Positions 16,901-27,019 of a stretch of DNA of 64,000 bases are shown here, one piece after another (the stretch's first letter is position 1; the number at the start of each line of letters is the position of its first letter). The notes below the pieces were generated by a model. The model ran no database searches, was not told the origin of the DNA, and saw only the letters and a list, made by a program, of their open reading frames with translations. Both the position numbers and the translations under genes were made by a program. The stretch covers positions 146,832 through 210,831 of IMG/VR virus record IMGVR_UViG_3300044630_006293, one strand, 5' to 3'.

Positions 16901-16965
16901 TTATATCCTTTATTTGGTATACTTGAATAGTATTCAGATCGCATTATATCGTATTGGAGATTTAA

Positions 16966-17121
16966 ATGAAACAACCCAAAGGAAGTATTGACATTAAGCT
17001 TGAATTCCAAAGAGCTTTACTTATTCTAAATAAAAGAATAACAACTGTTGATGATCTTTTAATGTATTGGCATTTCTCTGGTCCGTGTCTAGAAGACAGA
17101 CCTGAAATAGAAAATATCTAG
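16966..17121 (+). CDS. small hypothetical protein (51 aa)
   Basis: GGAG RBS, TGGTATACT promoter-like sequence upstream. Confidence 0.5.
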   Translation: MKQPKGSIDIKLEFQRALLILNKRITTVDDLLMYWHFSGPCLEDRPEIENI

Positions 17122-17301
17122 AAAAATTTGACAGAGCAATTATTTACTCGATATACTCTTATATAAGCAGCTAAGGAAACCACTGTGGTCGTAGTCACGC
17201 AAGTGAATCATATAATCTTATATTATATAAGCAAACTTATATAAGTATACGTATATAGAGTTAAAAATAATTCTTTGTTAAGATAAGATAATAATTTTTG
17301 T

Positions 17302-17307
17302 TACTAT
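17302..17307 (+). promoter_or_regulatory. putative late-promoter box TACTAT (representative copy)
   Basis: Recurs 19-48 nt upstream of starts at 17336, 18957, 34355, 37116, 37987, 44525, 48248, 53418, 57733 and (minus) 15388. Confidence 0.6.
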
Positions 17308-17335
17308 CTATTAAAAACAAGCAAGGACTCTATAA

Positions 17336-18784
17336 ATGAATATTTATCAAATCTATGTGCCTGAGCTAGGAACTTATGTTAAGTATAAAGTTTTAGAGCC
17401 AGAAGAAGCTAAAATATTACTTGACGAGATAGATAACAAGCCACCAAAAGAATATCGTAAAGCTATTCTTGAATCTGTAATTTTTAATATTAAAACAGAT
17501 GTAGCTGAGTCACTCAGGATGATGAGTAGAGGCGCAGCAGAAAAGTGTCTAGAAGCATTATATTATGGATGTATAATGCTAAATCCTGGTCTTGATATAG
17601 ATCAGTGGATTGATTTAGCGTATTTAGAGAAACCTAATGCTTTAAAGAAAAGTCCAAAAGTAAATACTAAAAATGATATGCCAGATCTAACAGATCTTCC
17701 TCCAGAGCTTGAGGATTTTTTTAATAAGACTTTTAAAAAAGAATCTACTCAATGGCAAAAGGTAAAGCCAAAAAAACTTTCTAGAGAAAAGTTCCTTGGA
17801 CTTGAAGCCCATTTGAAGGATAATATCATTGGTCAAGATCAATCTATAGAGACTATTGTCTCAGCCTTGAAAAGATCTCAAGTTGGATTAAATGATACCA
17901 ATAGACCACTTGGTGTATTTCTATTTGCAGGAGCATCTGGAGTAGGTAAGACACACTTAGCAAACACATTGCATAAGTATATCTTTGGTTCAGAGAACTC
18001 TTTAGTAAGAATAGACTGTGGCGAGTTTCAACATAAGCATGAGAACCAAAAACTTATTGGATCTCCCCCAGGTTATATAGGCCACGAAGAAGGTGGTCAA
18101 CTTGTTAATCTAGTTAGGAAATATCCAAGTACAGTTGTTCTTTTAGATGAAGTAGAAAAAGCTCATCAAGATTTATGGAATACATTCCTAAGAGTTTTTG
18201 ATGATGGCATGCTTACTGACAATAAGGGTAAGTCGGTTAGTTTTAGGAATACAATCATAATCATGACCACTAACCTAGGTAACGACAAGATATCTGATGA
18301 TCTATTGAAAACCTCAGCTGGATTTACCGGAAGAGTTGATTTTTCTTCTAAAACAAAAGAAATACCAAAAAAAGATATAGTTGAAAAAAATACTTTAGAA
18401 GCGGTTAGAAAACATTTTAAACCAGAGTTTTTAAATAGACTGGACAAAATATTAGTATTTAATCATCTATCTAGAGAAAACCTTGTAGGAATCGCAGAAC
18501 TAGAAATGTCAGTTGTTAAAAACAAACTTTTAACCAAAGGCTACTCAGTAATATATACTGACTCCGTAATTGACGCAATGCTTGATAAGGGAATTGACTC
18601 TGTCAAGGGGGCAAGAGGTTTGTCTCAGATAAGAAGAGAGATGATTGAAGATAAGGTTGCTGATATAATTATTAATACCCCCCCTCCAAGGGGAACTATA
18701 TTTCACTTAAATTATGAAGATGATCTTGTATTAAATTTAAATAAACCAAAGAAAGAAAGAAAGAATGATGTCAAAGAACAGTAA
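17336..18784 (+). CDS. ClpA/ClpB-like AAA+ ATPase (single D2-type module)
   Basis: IIGQD, FLFAGASGVGKT, LIGSPPGYIGHEEGGQL, LLDEVEKAH, FKPEFLNRLD, GAR. Confidence 0.92.
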   Translation: MNIYQIYVPELGTYVKYKVLEPEEAKILLDEIDNKPPKEYRKAILESVIFNIKTDVAESLRMMSRGAAEKCLEALYYGCIMLNPGLDIDQWIDLAYLEKPNALKKSPKVNTKNDMPDLTDLPPELEDFFNKTFKKESTQWQKVKPKKLSREKFLGLEAHLKDNIIGQDQSIETIVSALKRSQVGLNDTNRPLGVFLFAGASGVGKTHLANTLHKYIFGSENSLVRIDCGEFQHKHENQKLIGSPPGYIGHEEGGQLVNLVRKYPSTVVLLDEVEKAHQDLWNTFLRVFDDGMLTDNKGKSVSFRNTIIIMTTNLGNDKISDDLLKTSAGFTGRVDFSSKTKEIPKKDIVEKNTLEAVRKHFKPEFLNRLDKILVFNHLSRENLVGIAELEMSVVKNKLLTKGYSVIYTDSVIDAMLDKGIDSVKGARGLSQIRREMIEDKVADIIINTPPPRGTIFHLNYEDDLVLNLNKPKKERKNDVKEQ

Positions 18785-18956
18785 TGAAAGACAAGTCAAT
18801 AGTAGATATACCTTACCTTTGAATAGATCTGCAAAATCCTATAGAAAGTTTGTAAGACAAAATCTTTTTCCAAAAGGTCTTAAAAAAATATTTTAATTAC
18901 AAAAATCAAAATAATTAATTACTATTCTATTATATCGTTTATAATGGAGGTAATTT

Positions 18957-19700
18957 ATGCCACCTGGAGTAGGGTATCCTGGAAAAAACAGCAGATATAC
19001 TCCACCAACACCTCTTGCACAAAAAAGTGCAGGCAGACAAGGTGCAATAGCAAATAAAGTACTTGGTTTAGGAGCAGCTAACTTAGGCGACTCTCCAACA
19101 GCTAGAAGAGCTCAAAACAAAGCCTTCGAAAAGAATGAAAGAATAAATGCATTTGATGCTAATCGAACCGGTAGAGCTACTCCAAAAGTAAGAATGGTTC
19201 CAGGTCAAGGATCAACAACAACTCCTGTAAGAATAAAATCAAGACCCATTAATCCAGATAGACTTCCAGTTCCAATGAGTAGTGGTCCGAGAGGTGCTGG
19301 AAGTAACTTACCAGCTAGAAGAAACCTACCGGCTACAACAGGTGGTAGAACACCAATGAACCCTTCAAGAAACCTGCCTGCAAGAGCAAGTGGAATGGGT
19401 TCAACTTCAGGACCTCGTCCTATAAACGTAGGAAATATAAACCATACACCACAAAGGCAATTAATGCTAGGAACAGGAAGGACTACAACTAAAGGACCAA
19501 CCGATCCAGTATCAGCAGCCAAAACCACAACACGTAGTACTGGTGGACTTGGAGATGGGGTAGCTGGTGGTGCTTCTAAGATGAGAAATGGTAGAGGGCT
19601 TTTAATTGGAATGGGAGCTGCCGTAGTTGCAGGGTTAGCTTATGCAGGAAGAAGAGATAATGGAACTTCATCTGGTAGATCTTCCGCTTATAGGTACTAG
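18957..19700 (+). CDS. low-complexity G/R/P-rich protein with C-terminal hydrophobic helix (probable internal virion/ejection protein)
   Basis: GLLIGMGAAVVAGLAY C-terminal segment; GGAGG RBS; TACTAT upstream. Confidence 0.6.
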   Translation: MPPGVGYPGKNSRYTPPTPLAQKSAGRQGAIANKVLGLGAANLGDSPTARRAQNKAFEKNERINAFDANRTGRATPKVRMVPGQGSTTTPVRIKSRPINPDRLPVPMSSGPRGAGSNLPARRNLPATTGGRTPMNPSRNLPARASGMGSTSGPRPINVGNINHTPQRQLMLGTGRTTTKGPTDPVSAAKTTTRSTGGLGDGVAGGASKMRNGRGLLIGMGAAVVAGLAYAGRRDNGTSSGRSSAYRY

Positions 19701-19707
19701 GATTTAG

Positions 19708-20233
19708 ATGAGAACTTTAGCACCGGAAAAAATAGCAGCTTTAGAAAGAATGGCGGCTGGCTCTGGTGGTGAAGCAGTTAATGCTAGAGCTGTTTTAGAA
19801 AGAGTCGGTAGAAGAGTACCTTCTGCTACTACGGGAGGAGGAATGCCTCCAGTAGTTCCACCAAGACGGAAGAACTGGTTTGGCAGCTGGTGGAAATAAT
19901 CTACCCGTTCCACGTGGTGGCCAAGGGCGACCAATGGGTGCCATAGGTGGTGGCCAAAGGCGACCAATGGGTGCCATAGGTATGGGATCAGGATCAGGAC
20001 GTCGTGGAGCTATAACTGAAAAAGGTGGTGGAGGGGGAAGGTCTGGCTCTAGTGTTACTTCAGTAATAGATAAACAAACAACTGATAAAATAGTTGACAA
20101 TGTTCCGAAACCAAAAGGGTTTTTAAATAGTTTAAGTAAGAATCAAAAGTATGGATTAGGAGCAGCAGCAGCAGTTGTTGCTGGATTAGCATATCAAAAA
20201 CAAAGACAAGACGTTAATCAAAGATTTAGGTAA
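19708..20233 (+). CDS. G/R-rich protein with C-terminal hydrophobic helix; +1 recoding at CGGA 19867-19870 (174 aa fused)
   Basis: ORFs 19708-19899 and 19880-20233 join as ...VVPPR-G-RTGLAAGG...; C-terminus GLGAAAAVVAGLAY is paralogous to the previous gene. Confidence 0.65.
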
Positions 20234-20235
20234 GC

Positions 20236-20649
20236 ATGAGTAATGAATGGAAAAATTACGTAAATACAAATGGAGATTTTGAACTTCCAAATTTTTTATA
20301 TAAAACAATAAATGATTTAATGAAACAGTCTCTAGACATGGGCACTTTATTATCCAGTGATCAATATAAACTGAGAGCCTATAAAGAGCAGACTAAAAAA
20401 CTTTTTAAGTCTAGATGGTTTGATATAGCGGAAGCTTTAGAATTTTTTGGCATCATAGAAAAATGTGGATGCTACTCAAATGGTAAAGACTTCTATTGCG
20501 AAGTATGCAAAGGTGCTAGATATCTTCCTACCGCAGTTTTAACCCCAGATGAAATGAGAGAAATTGGAGTTTTTATTGGCGCAGACCAAGGTATTGCGCT
20601 TGTAGATAAACTCCAAAGAAGTATATCTGACGTATTTAAATCAGCGTAA
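20236..20649 (+). CDS. hypothetical protein with Zn-finger
   Basis: CGC...CEVCKG. Confidence 0.7.
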   Translation: MSNEWKNYVNTNGDFELPNFLYKTINDLMKQSLDMGTLLSSDQYKLRAYKEQTKKLFKSRWFDIAEALEFFGIIEKCGCYSNGKDFYCEVCKGARYLPTAVLTPDEMREIGVFIGADQGIALVDKLQRSISDVFKSA

Positions 20650-20650
20650 A

Positions 20651-20824
20651 ATGCTTTGTCCCAGATGTTCTATAAAGATGCAGAACGTTGTAGAATATAT
20701 CTTACAAGAAAATGAATTTAAATACATAAAAAACTTCTATTGCACAAAGTGTAAAAGTGCTGTTACAGAAGTGTTTGATGATATAGGGTTAGCCTCGAGT
20801 GAATGGATAGATTTTAATGTCTAA
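20651..20824 (+). CDS. small Zn-ribbon protein
   Basis: MLCPRC...CTKC, 57 aa. Confidence 0.55.
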   Translation: MLCPRCSIKMQNVVEYILQENEFKYIKNFYCTKCKSAVTEVFDDIGLASSEWIDFNV

Positions 20825-21545
20825 TGTAGAAAAGTATAATAAAAATGATTTTATGAAAGAATTTGAGTCTCTTAGACCAGATTTATTTCTTCCAGAAAAT
20901 TGGTCTGATCAAGACAAGCAAAAAGTAGTTGAGCTCATTCGTCCACAAAGAACAAAGACGTCAATGTTTTCATCTATACCAATGACATGCGAAACACAAA
21001 AATGTGTTTTTGCAGATACATGTCCACTTCTTAAGGAAAACTTAGCACCTAAGGGTAATCCTTGTCCTATAGAAATGTCTATAGTTTCTCAGTTTACTTA
21101 TGATTATATGGAGCAACTTGAAGTTAATCCTCAAAACTTAGTAGAAGTATCTATGGTGAGAGACTTGGTGGACCAAGAAGTTCAATACATTAGAAAAACA
21201 AAACTTCTTGCTAAAGAACATTTTATTCAAGAAAACATTATTGGAATAGATTCCAATACAGGTGAACCAATTATGAAAAAAGAATTGCACCTAGCGGTAG
21301 AACTAGAAGATAAACTTCATAAGCGTCGCAAAGATCTTAGAAACCAATTGCTAGCAACCAGAGAAGCTAAAGCTAAGATTGGTCAAACGCAATTAGATAC
21401 AGCTCAAACAATATCTGACATTTTAGATAAAGTTCAAGGAATAGAAAAAGAAAGACAAAAACTCATTAAACAAAAAATGGGAACTCTTGAAGTTGATGAA
21501 TACATAGAGGTTGAAGTCTTAGAGGATAGAGATGAATCTATTTGA
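20817..21545 (+). CDS. Cys-containing coiled-coil protein, possible terminase small subunit
   Basis: C..C....CP......G..CP then long helices; size and position upstream of the terminase (inference). Confidence 0.45.
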   Translation: MSNVEKYNKNDFMKEFESLRPDLFLPENWSDQDKQKVVELIRPQRTKTSMFSSIPMTCETQKCVFADTCPLLKENLAPKGNPCPIEMSIVSQFTYDYMEQLEVNPQNLVEVSMVRDLVDQEVQYIRKTKLLAKEHFIQENIIGIDSNTGEPIMKKELHLAVELEDKLHKRRKDLRNQLLATREAKAKIGQTQLDTAQTISDILDKVQGIEKERQKLIKQKMGTLEVDEYIEVEVLEDRDESI

Positions 21546-24500
21546 TACAAGTAATTCAGACAGTCAGTCTTCTTTAGCTAAATTACTTCGTTCTTTAACT
21601 GGCGCAATGCCTGGTGGGGCAAAAGTAGCTAGACAAACAACACCTATTGGAGCAGATGCTATCAATAGGATAATGGGGAGTCCAGAAGAATTTATAGGAA
21701 GATATAAAGAATTTGAAGATGAGTACTTCAGAGTTCTTTCCGATCCTAAGAATACAAATAAATTTTCTAATATAGCAGATATGGATATCGAAAGATCTTC
21801 CGGAAAAATAGATTTAAGTAAATTAACATATCAGTCTCAACAGGACATGAAGAATTTTTTTCGACAAAGAGTTTTACAGATGGATAACCTTTTGCCGCAA
21901 GTTGGAATTCCTGGAATGGAATTTCCATCAGGAAACCTATACTCATCCATGCTCCAATATGAAGTAGATGAATATTCTCACCCTGCATCTATTTTATTAA
22001 ATAAAATGTTTTTTAATGTGCAAAAAGATAAGCAAGGTGTTCAAGCATTAAACTTTGGTATGTCAAACATGATGAATACTGCAACACTTGAAAGATTAGC
22101 TTATCAAGCAGAGAATCCAGTAGACATAATTGGAAAAAGGGTATTAACTCTTGACGTAGAAACAACAGACGTTCTGCCAGATTCTCAAGTAAGACAGTTT
22201 GCTTATAAAGTTGGTGAAGAAGATGTAGTTGATGAATCATTTATTAATAGAAGAATGGATGCTGCTAGAGTTACTAAGTCTGGTCAAAGTTATAGGATGT
22301 CTGACGCTGTAAATCTCCCTTTAAAACAAATGGGTAGAGAAGCTCAAGAAATGGGTGAGGGTGGAATAAATTTTGTAGAAAGGTCCAAAACGTTATTTAC
22401 AGAAATGTTAAATGCCGATCACGTATCTGGCCATAACGCTTTATTCGACTTAAATAAAATGGGAGATACACTTCGTAGCCTAGATGCCTTTAATGCAGAC
22501 AACGTAGCTCAAGATTTAATGAATCAAGTATTTCAAAGAGTTAATACTCAAAAAGATTATTTAATAGACACTTCTGAAACTATGGGTTCATACTTCCAAG
22601 AAAAAGCTCGCTCTATGTTTCCAAATGATCCTGACAGAGCAAAAAAAATAGTTAATCAAATGATAAGTCCAGAGATGAGAGCTCAAATAGATATAGGCGG
22701 AAAAACGGCTCCAAGATCAATGGAAAACATTTCCTTAAACTCCAACTTACTTCAACTAATAGAACAAGACGCCGCATCTGGAAGTAATGAAGCAAATAGA
22801 ATAATCGACAATATAAAACAAGGTTCTCACGTAGCAGACGTAGACGTTGCTCTGCAGGCTTCTGCTGATAGGTATAGGTCTTTAGGAACTCTAGATTTTA
22901 GGTTTGATGAAACAGGAAAAGTTATTGGTGATCAAATGTCAGAATTTGAAAGATATGGTAGAAATCTTATTTTAAGATCTCAAGCCATGACTCCAACAAC
23001 TGACATTGGAAGCGTTAGCCATATGAGCGATGCTGTATTTAGGCACTTATCAACTAATGAAAAAGGAATGCAGGGAATAACACTAACGACAAAAGCATCT
23101 GATCTAGGATTATCATCTGATGCTGAAGGTTTTCTTGCATATTCTAAAGACAAAAAGAATTATACATTTAGAGCATTTGGATCAGACGCTGATGAGATAA
23201 TAGAAGGTGCAGTAGCTAAGTCTCATATAACTAGGACACTAAACCAAGCTAGAGCAGAAGGTGAAGGAACATTAAGTACTCTTAATGTAGCTGGAAGAAC
23301 AATGCAATTGACTAGAAATCTTGCAGATGAAGCTATTGTTAAAACAGGATTTAATTTTTCTCAAGCAACTGCAATAGATCAATCAATAAGAGCAAGAGAT
23401 ATCACTGCTGGAATAACAGCAGGAGACGACGATAGTTTAATTAGATCATTAGGATTAACTAATGAACAATTTGGTAAACAGCAAACATTTAGAAATATAA
23501 GCCAAAGAATTAAAGGAGCTTTTACTGGAGGCCCAGTTCATCAGATAGAAAATCCATTAACATATTCAGATGAAGCAATAGACTCTTATTATAGAAATGC
23601 AGCTGGGGCTGGATTGCCATACTCTAGCTTAAATGTTCAAAGTAGAGCTTTTTCTGTTGGTTTAGCTGAAGCTACTCATTCAATTGGTTTAGCAGCAAGA
23701 GGTACCGCAGCTTATGCAGCTAATGCTGATCTTACTACAGAGATGGGTTTGTCATTCTTTAAAATGCAAGACTCAGCTAGAATGGGAACAGTTACTTCGC
23801 AAGGAGATTATTTTGGCAGTAAAACAATGATGCCTTTTACTTCTTTATTCTCTGTATCTCAAAACACAGCTGCTAATAAAATATCTGATCAAATATTGTC
23901 AGTAAAAGCATTTGAAACTTTTAGCAACCCAATGGAAGATATTATGAGTTCTGATTTAAACAGGTTTACATTAAGTTTTGTTTCTGGAACTGGTGAAGGT
24001 GAAAGTAAACTTGCATCAAGAGTTAACTTAGTATGGGGAGCTAATCAATCATTAGATGAGGGTAAATCAAAACAGCTAGCTAATTTCCTATTAGACAATT
24101 CAGAAACATTTAGAGATACTTTACAAAATATTAAAGTTGGAGATCAAGATATTGGAACACAATTAGCAAGTATTACTCAAGCTAATAAAACAATGACAGG
24201 TTCACAAAGAACAGGTTTAGTTGATCAGATCTCTCAAAGTATTAGAGATAAAGGAATTGTTGTCGGATATGTTGAGGGCGATCCAGCTGAAGGAATATTT
24301 AATGCAGCAAAAAGAGCAGGTATCAACTTAGTTGATAATGATGTTAATTTAGTTAATCAGGCTATGAGAATAGCGCACGTAGACGAAGCTTCAAATATGC
24401 TAGTTATGTCAGCTATAAGTGATACAAAAGTTGATGAAGTAATAGGTAGATCTTCTGAAGTTGCTCAAGGTGAAGCAGCTAACGCATTTTCTAAATTAAA

Positions 24501-24945
24501 AAGATTATCAGAAGTATTTAATGACTCTTCAAAAAAGAGACAAGCTGCTAAAGTAGTACTTGAATCTAAAAATGCAAGTTCTTTAGATAGAATAGTGGAT
24601 TTATCAAAAAGAGCAAGTAGAGATTTTGATACTCCAATGACAGATTTTTTTGTAAAAAATAAAAAAACAATAGGATTAGCTGGATTAGGTCTAGCTGCAG
24701 CTGGTATTGGTTACTATATGTATAACAATAGAAGAGAAGAAAAAAATATCCAAGAAACAATGGCTTACATGCCAACGGAGCCGGCAAGTAATAGAACATT
24801 CAGGCAAATGCAACCACCAGCTATGCCTCAAAGTACAAGAAGAGATCCATTGGTAACAGCTGGAGTTGTTGGGAATCTAGATAGAAATAAAGTTGGCCAT
24901 ACAAAAATGGGCCCAAATAAAAATAATCACCTTTACGGAGGATAA
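21532..24945 (+). CDS. large probable internal virion protein containing a DEDDh exonuclease-like domain and a C-terminal TM helix
   Basis: LTLDVETT, SGHNALFDL, SHVADVD motifs; IGLAGLGLAAAGIGYY near the C-terminus. Confidence 0.6.
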   Translation: MNLFDTSNSDSQSSLAKLLRSLTGAMPGGAKVARQTTPIGADAINRIMGSPEEFIGRYKEFEDEYFRVLSDPKNTNKFSNIADMDIERSSGKIDLSKLTYQSQQDMKNFFRQRVLQMDNLLPQVGIPGMEFPSGNLYSSMLQYEVDEYSHPASILLNKMFFNVQKDKQGVQALNFGMSNMMNTATLERLAYQAENPVDIIGKRVLTLDVETTDVLPDSQVRQFAYKVGEEDVVDESFINRRMDAARVTKSGQSYRMSDAVNLPLKQMGREAQEMGEGGINFVERSKTLFTEMLNADHVSGHNALFDLNKMGDTLRSLDAFNADNVAQDLMNQVFQRVNTQKDYLIDTSETMGSYFQEKARSMFPNDPDRAKKIVNQMISPEMRAQIDIGGKTAPRSMENISLNSNLLQLIEQDAASGSNEANRIIDNIKQGSHVADVDVALQASADRYRSLGTLDFRFDETGKVIGDQMSEFERYGRNLILRSQAMTPTTDIGSVSHMSDAVFRHLSTNEKGMQGITLTTKASDLGLSSDAEGFLAYSKDKKNYTFRAFGSDADEIIEGAVAKSHITRTLNQARAEGEGTLSTLNVAGRTMQLTRNLADEAIVKTGFNFSQATAIDQSIRARDITAGITAGDDDSLIRSLGLTNEQFGKQQTFRNISQRIKGAFTGGPVHQIENPLTYSDEAIDSYYRNAAGAGLPYSSLNVQSRAFSVGLAEATHSIGLAARGTAAYAANADLTTEMGLSFFKMQDSARMGTVTSQGDYFGSKTMMPFTSLFSVSQNTAANKISDQILSVKAFETFSNPMEDIMSSDLNRFTLSFVSGTGEGESKLASRVNLVWGANQSLDEGKSKQLANFLLDNSETFRDTLQNIKVGDQDIGTQLASITQANKTMTGSQRTGLVDQISQSIRDKGIVVGYVEGDPAEGIFNAAKRAGINLVDNDVNLVNQAMRIAHVDEASNMLVMSAISDTKVDEVIGRSSEVAQGEAANAFSKLKRLSEVFNDSSKKRQAAKVVLESKNASSLDRIVDLSKRASRDFDTPMTDFFVKNKKTIGLAGLGLAAAGIGYYMYNNRREEKNIQETMAYMPTEPASNRTFRQMQPPAMPQSTRRDPLVTAGVVGNLDRNKVGHTKMGPNKNNHLYGG

Positions 24946-24947
24946 AA

Positions 24948-25610
24948 ATGTCTTTATTAAATAGCATAGGAAGATCAGTCACAAGAGCTGGTTCGTCTAA
25001 AAAGGCTCTAATTGGAACTGGAATAGCTGCTGGTGCAATTGGGCTTGGTCAGAATACAACTGGAGCAGTGTTTGATGCCGGCAATGAAATTGCATTTGGC
25101 GATGAAAACGCTGATCAGTACTTTCTTGGGTCAAGAGGTCTTAGTCCAGGAACCTTATTAGAAGGTACCCTTGGGTCTTCTGGGGCTGCAGGAGTGGGAA
25201 CAGTTGCTGGTGGAGTACTTGGTATGGCTGCAGGTGCAGGCATTGGTATTGGTGGAGCTGGAATGTTAAGTAATACCGAGTTTGCCAAAGATATAAATAT
25301 TCCTAAAAATTTTGCAGATGATCTTCCATTAATAGGTGGCAAACAAGTTCCTTTACTTGGAGGGCAAAACCTTTTTAAAGCTGGAAAAATGGGTTCAGCT
25401 AGAGGAAGAGCAGTTGCATTTGGTCTTGGTGCACTTGGTGCAGTTGCCGGAGGCGCATACGGAGCATCAACATATACAAGAAGTCAGATAAATAGAAATG
25501 CAGATTTTTACAAACAAAGTCCATACAGTAGAGGATCAGCAATGCAGGCAGCTTCTACAAATGCATACGGGGATATGGTTCTCGGAATGCATAACTCTAG
25601 GAGGGGTTAA
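24948..25610 (+). CDS. Gly/Ala-rich membrane-active virion protein
   Basis: Multiple GxxxG glycine-zipper segments. Confidence 0.6.
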   Translation: MSLLNSIGRSVTRAGSSKKALIGTGIAAGAIGLGQNTTGAVFDAGNEIAFGDENADQYFLGSRGLSPGTLLEGTLGSSGAAGVGTVAGGVLGMAAGAGIGIGGAGMLSNTEFAKDINIPKNFADDLPLIGGKQVPLLGGQNLFKAGKMGSARGRAVAFGLGALGAVAGGAYGASTYTRSQINRNADFYKQSPYSRGSAMQAASTNAYGDMVLGMHNSRRG

Positions 25611-27016
25611 TGGATCCAGATGAAGTCAATGAGTTAGGTGGGCAAAATGTTCCACTAGCATTTAGAATGATGGAGCATTTGCCATCTATTTCTGCATCTC
25701 TTGGATTTGCTCTTAGTCGTGGTTCAAACACTCTTTTGGGTGGAGGATTCATGGACGACAGAAAAAGGCTAGGTCCAGGTAAACTTGGAGGTTTTGCTAG
25801 TGGTTCTATGACCCCAAGTAATCCAACAGCTAAAGCCTATTATGGATCTTCTGCAAGAAGAGCAAGGCTAGCTTCTTCAGCAGGGTCGGCACAAGGAAAA
25901 ATGGCCTTAGGCAAGGGTTCAAGAGTTAACCACATCACAATGAGGCCAAGAGCATTATCTAGATATAACTCTTTGACAATATTCAATGCTTCACAAAATA
26001 CTCAATTCTATTCTCCTTTTCAGTTTGCATCTAGAGTTGTTGGAAATCAATTTGGAAAAAACGCAGCGTTTAGAAATGCTGTATACGGATCCTCAACGGC
26101 AGCTATTCCAAAAGAAGGTGTATTCCAAAGAGGAATGCTATCCATGATCACAGCTGGAAGAAAGTCTGATCTAATAGAGAGAAAAGCATTATCAGGCTCT
26201 GGTAGGGCAACAAAAAAAATGATAGAAGCTCAGAAGCAAGTTGGAAGACTTGCAACTATGAATAATGCATCTTTTGCTGCAGGTAAAACTTTTACTGGCG
26301 GTCAATTTGGCAGAATTGTCCCTAAGAGTGCAGGTCTTGGAATGATTGCTCCCGCAGGTCAAACTCTAACTGCTGCATCTCCAATGGCTACAGCATTATC
26401 AGGTGGAAACAAGGTTGGATTAACCGGAAACTTAATGGCAAGCGCTGGAGCTACTCAAGCATCAAGATATATGCAGGGATACTTTAGAGGGGCACTTGGC
26501 CACATAGACGCTGGAGGCTTAACAGATGAAGCTTTCAAGGGAGCTAAAATGGCTAAAAAACACTTAGTTAGTAGTTTTATGCAATCAGGATTAGCTGATA
26601 ATGCAAAAGGTGGATTTAGATTAGCTAATGAAGTTTTTAAAACAGGAGCGTTTAAAACTTTAGGCACACGTGGCGTTTTAAAAACAATGGGAACAAAAAC
26701 TGGAGCAATGGCACTTGGTGCAAGAGGTGCAGCAATGGCAATTCCTGGGCTTAACCTATTGGCAACTGCATCATTAGTTTATGATCTTGGAAAAATGGGT
26801 GGAGAAGTAGTTAAAAGTGGTATCAATTTAGCCAAAGATGCTGTAAAATCTATGAAAGGCTCTATGGACAAGCCACTATTTGGAATGGGATATAAAGATA
26901 ATGAAGTTGCTGCTACATCTAGGTCTAGAGGAGTAATGGCAATACAAAACAGTCGCTTAAATGCCAGAAGTGCATTAGGTTCAGAGGCTGGGATGATGGC
27001 TTCACATTTTGGGTAA
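25610..27016 (+). CDS. Gly/Ala-rich basic virion protein
   Basis: 468 aa, hydrophobic AIPGLNLLATASLVY segment, translationally coupled. Confidence 0.6.
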   Translation: MDPDEVNELGGQNVPLAFRMMEHLPSISASLGFALSRGSNTLLGGGFMDDRKRLGPGKLGGFASGSMTPSNPTAKAYYGSSARRARLASSAGSAQGKMALGKGSRVNHITMRPRALSRYNSLTIFNASQNTQFYSPFQFASRVVGNQFGKNAAFRNAVYGSSTAAIPKEGVFQRGMLSMITAGRKSDLIERKALSGSGRATKKMIEAQKQVGRLATMNNASFAAGKTFTGGQFGRIVPKSAGLGMIAPAGQTLTAASPMATALSGGNKVGLTGNLMASAGATQASRYMQGYFRGALGHIDAGGLTDEAFKGAKMAKKHLVSSFMQSGLADNAKGGFRLANEVFKTGAFKTLGTRGVLKTMGTKTGAMALGARGAAMAIPGLNLLATASLVYDLGKMGGEVVKSGINLAKDAVKSMKGSMDKPLFGMGYKDNEVAATSRSRGVMAIQNSRLNARSALGSEAGMMASHFG

Positions 27017-27019
27017 TTT

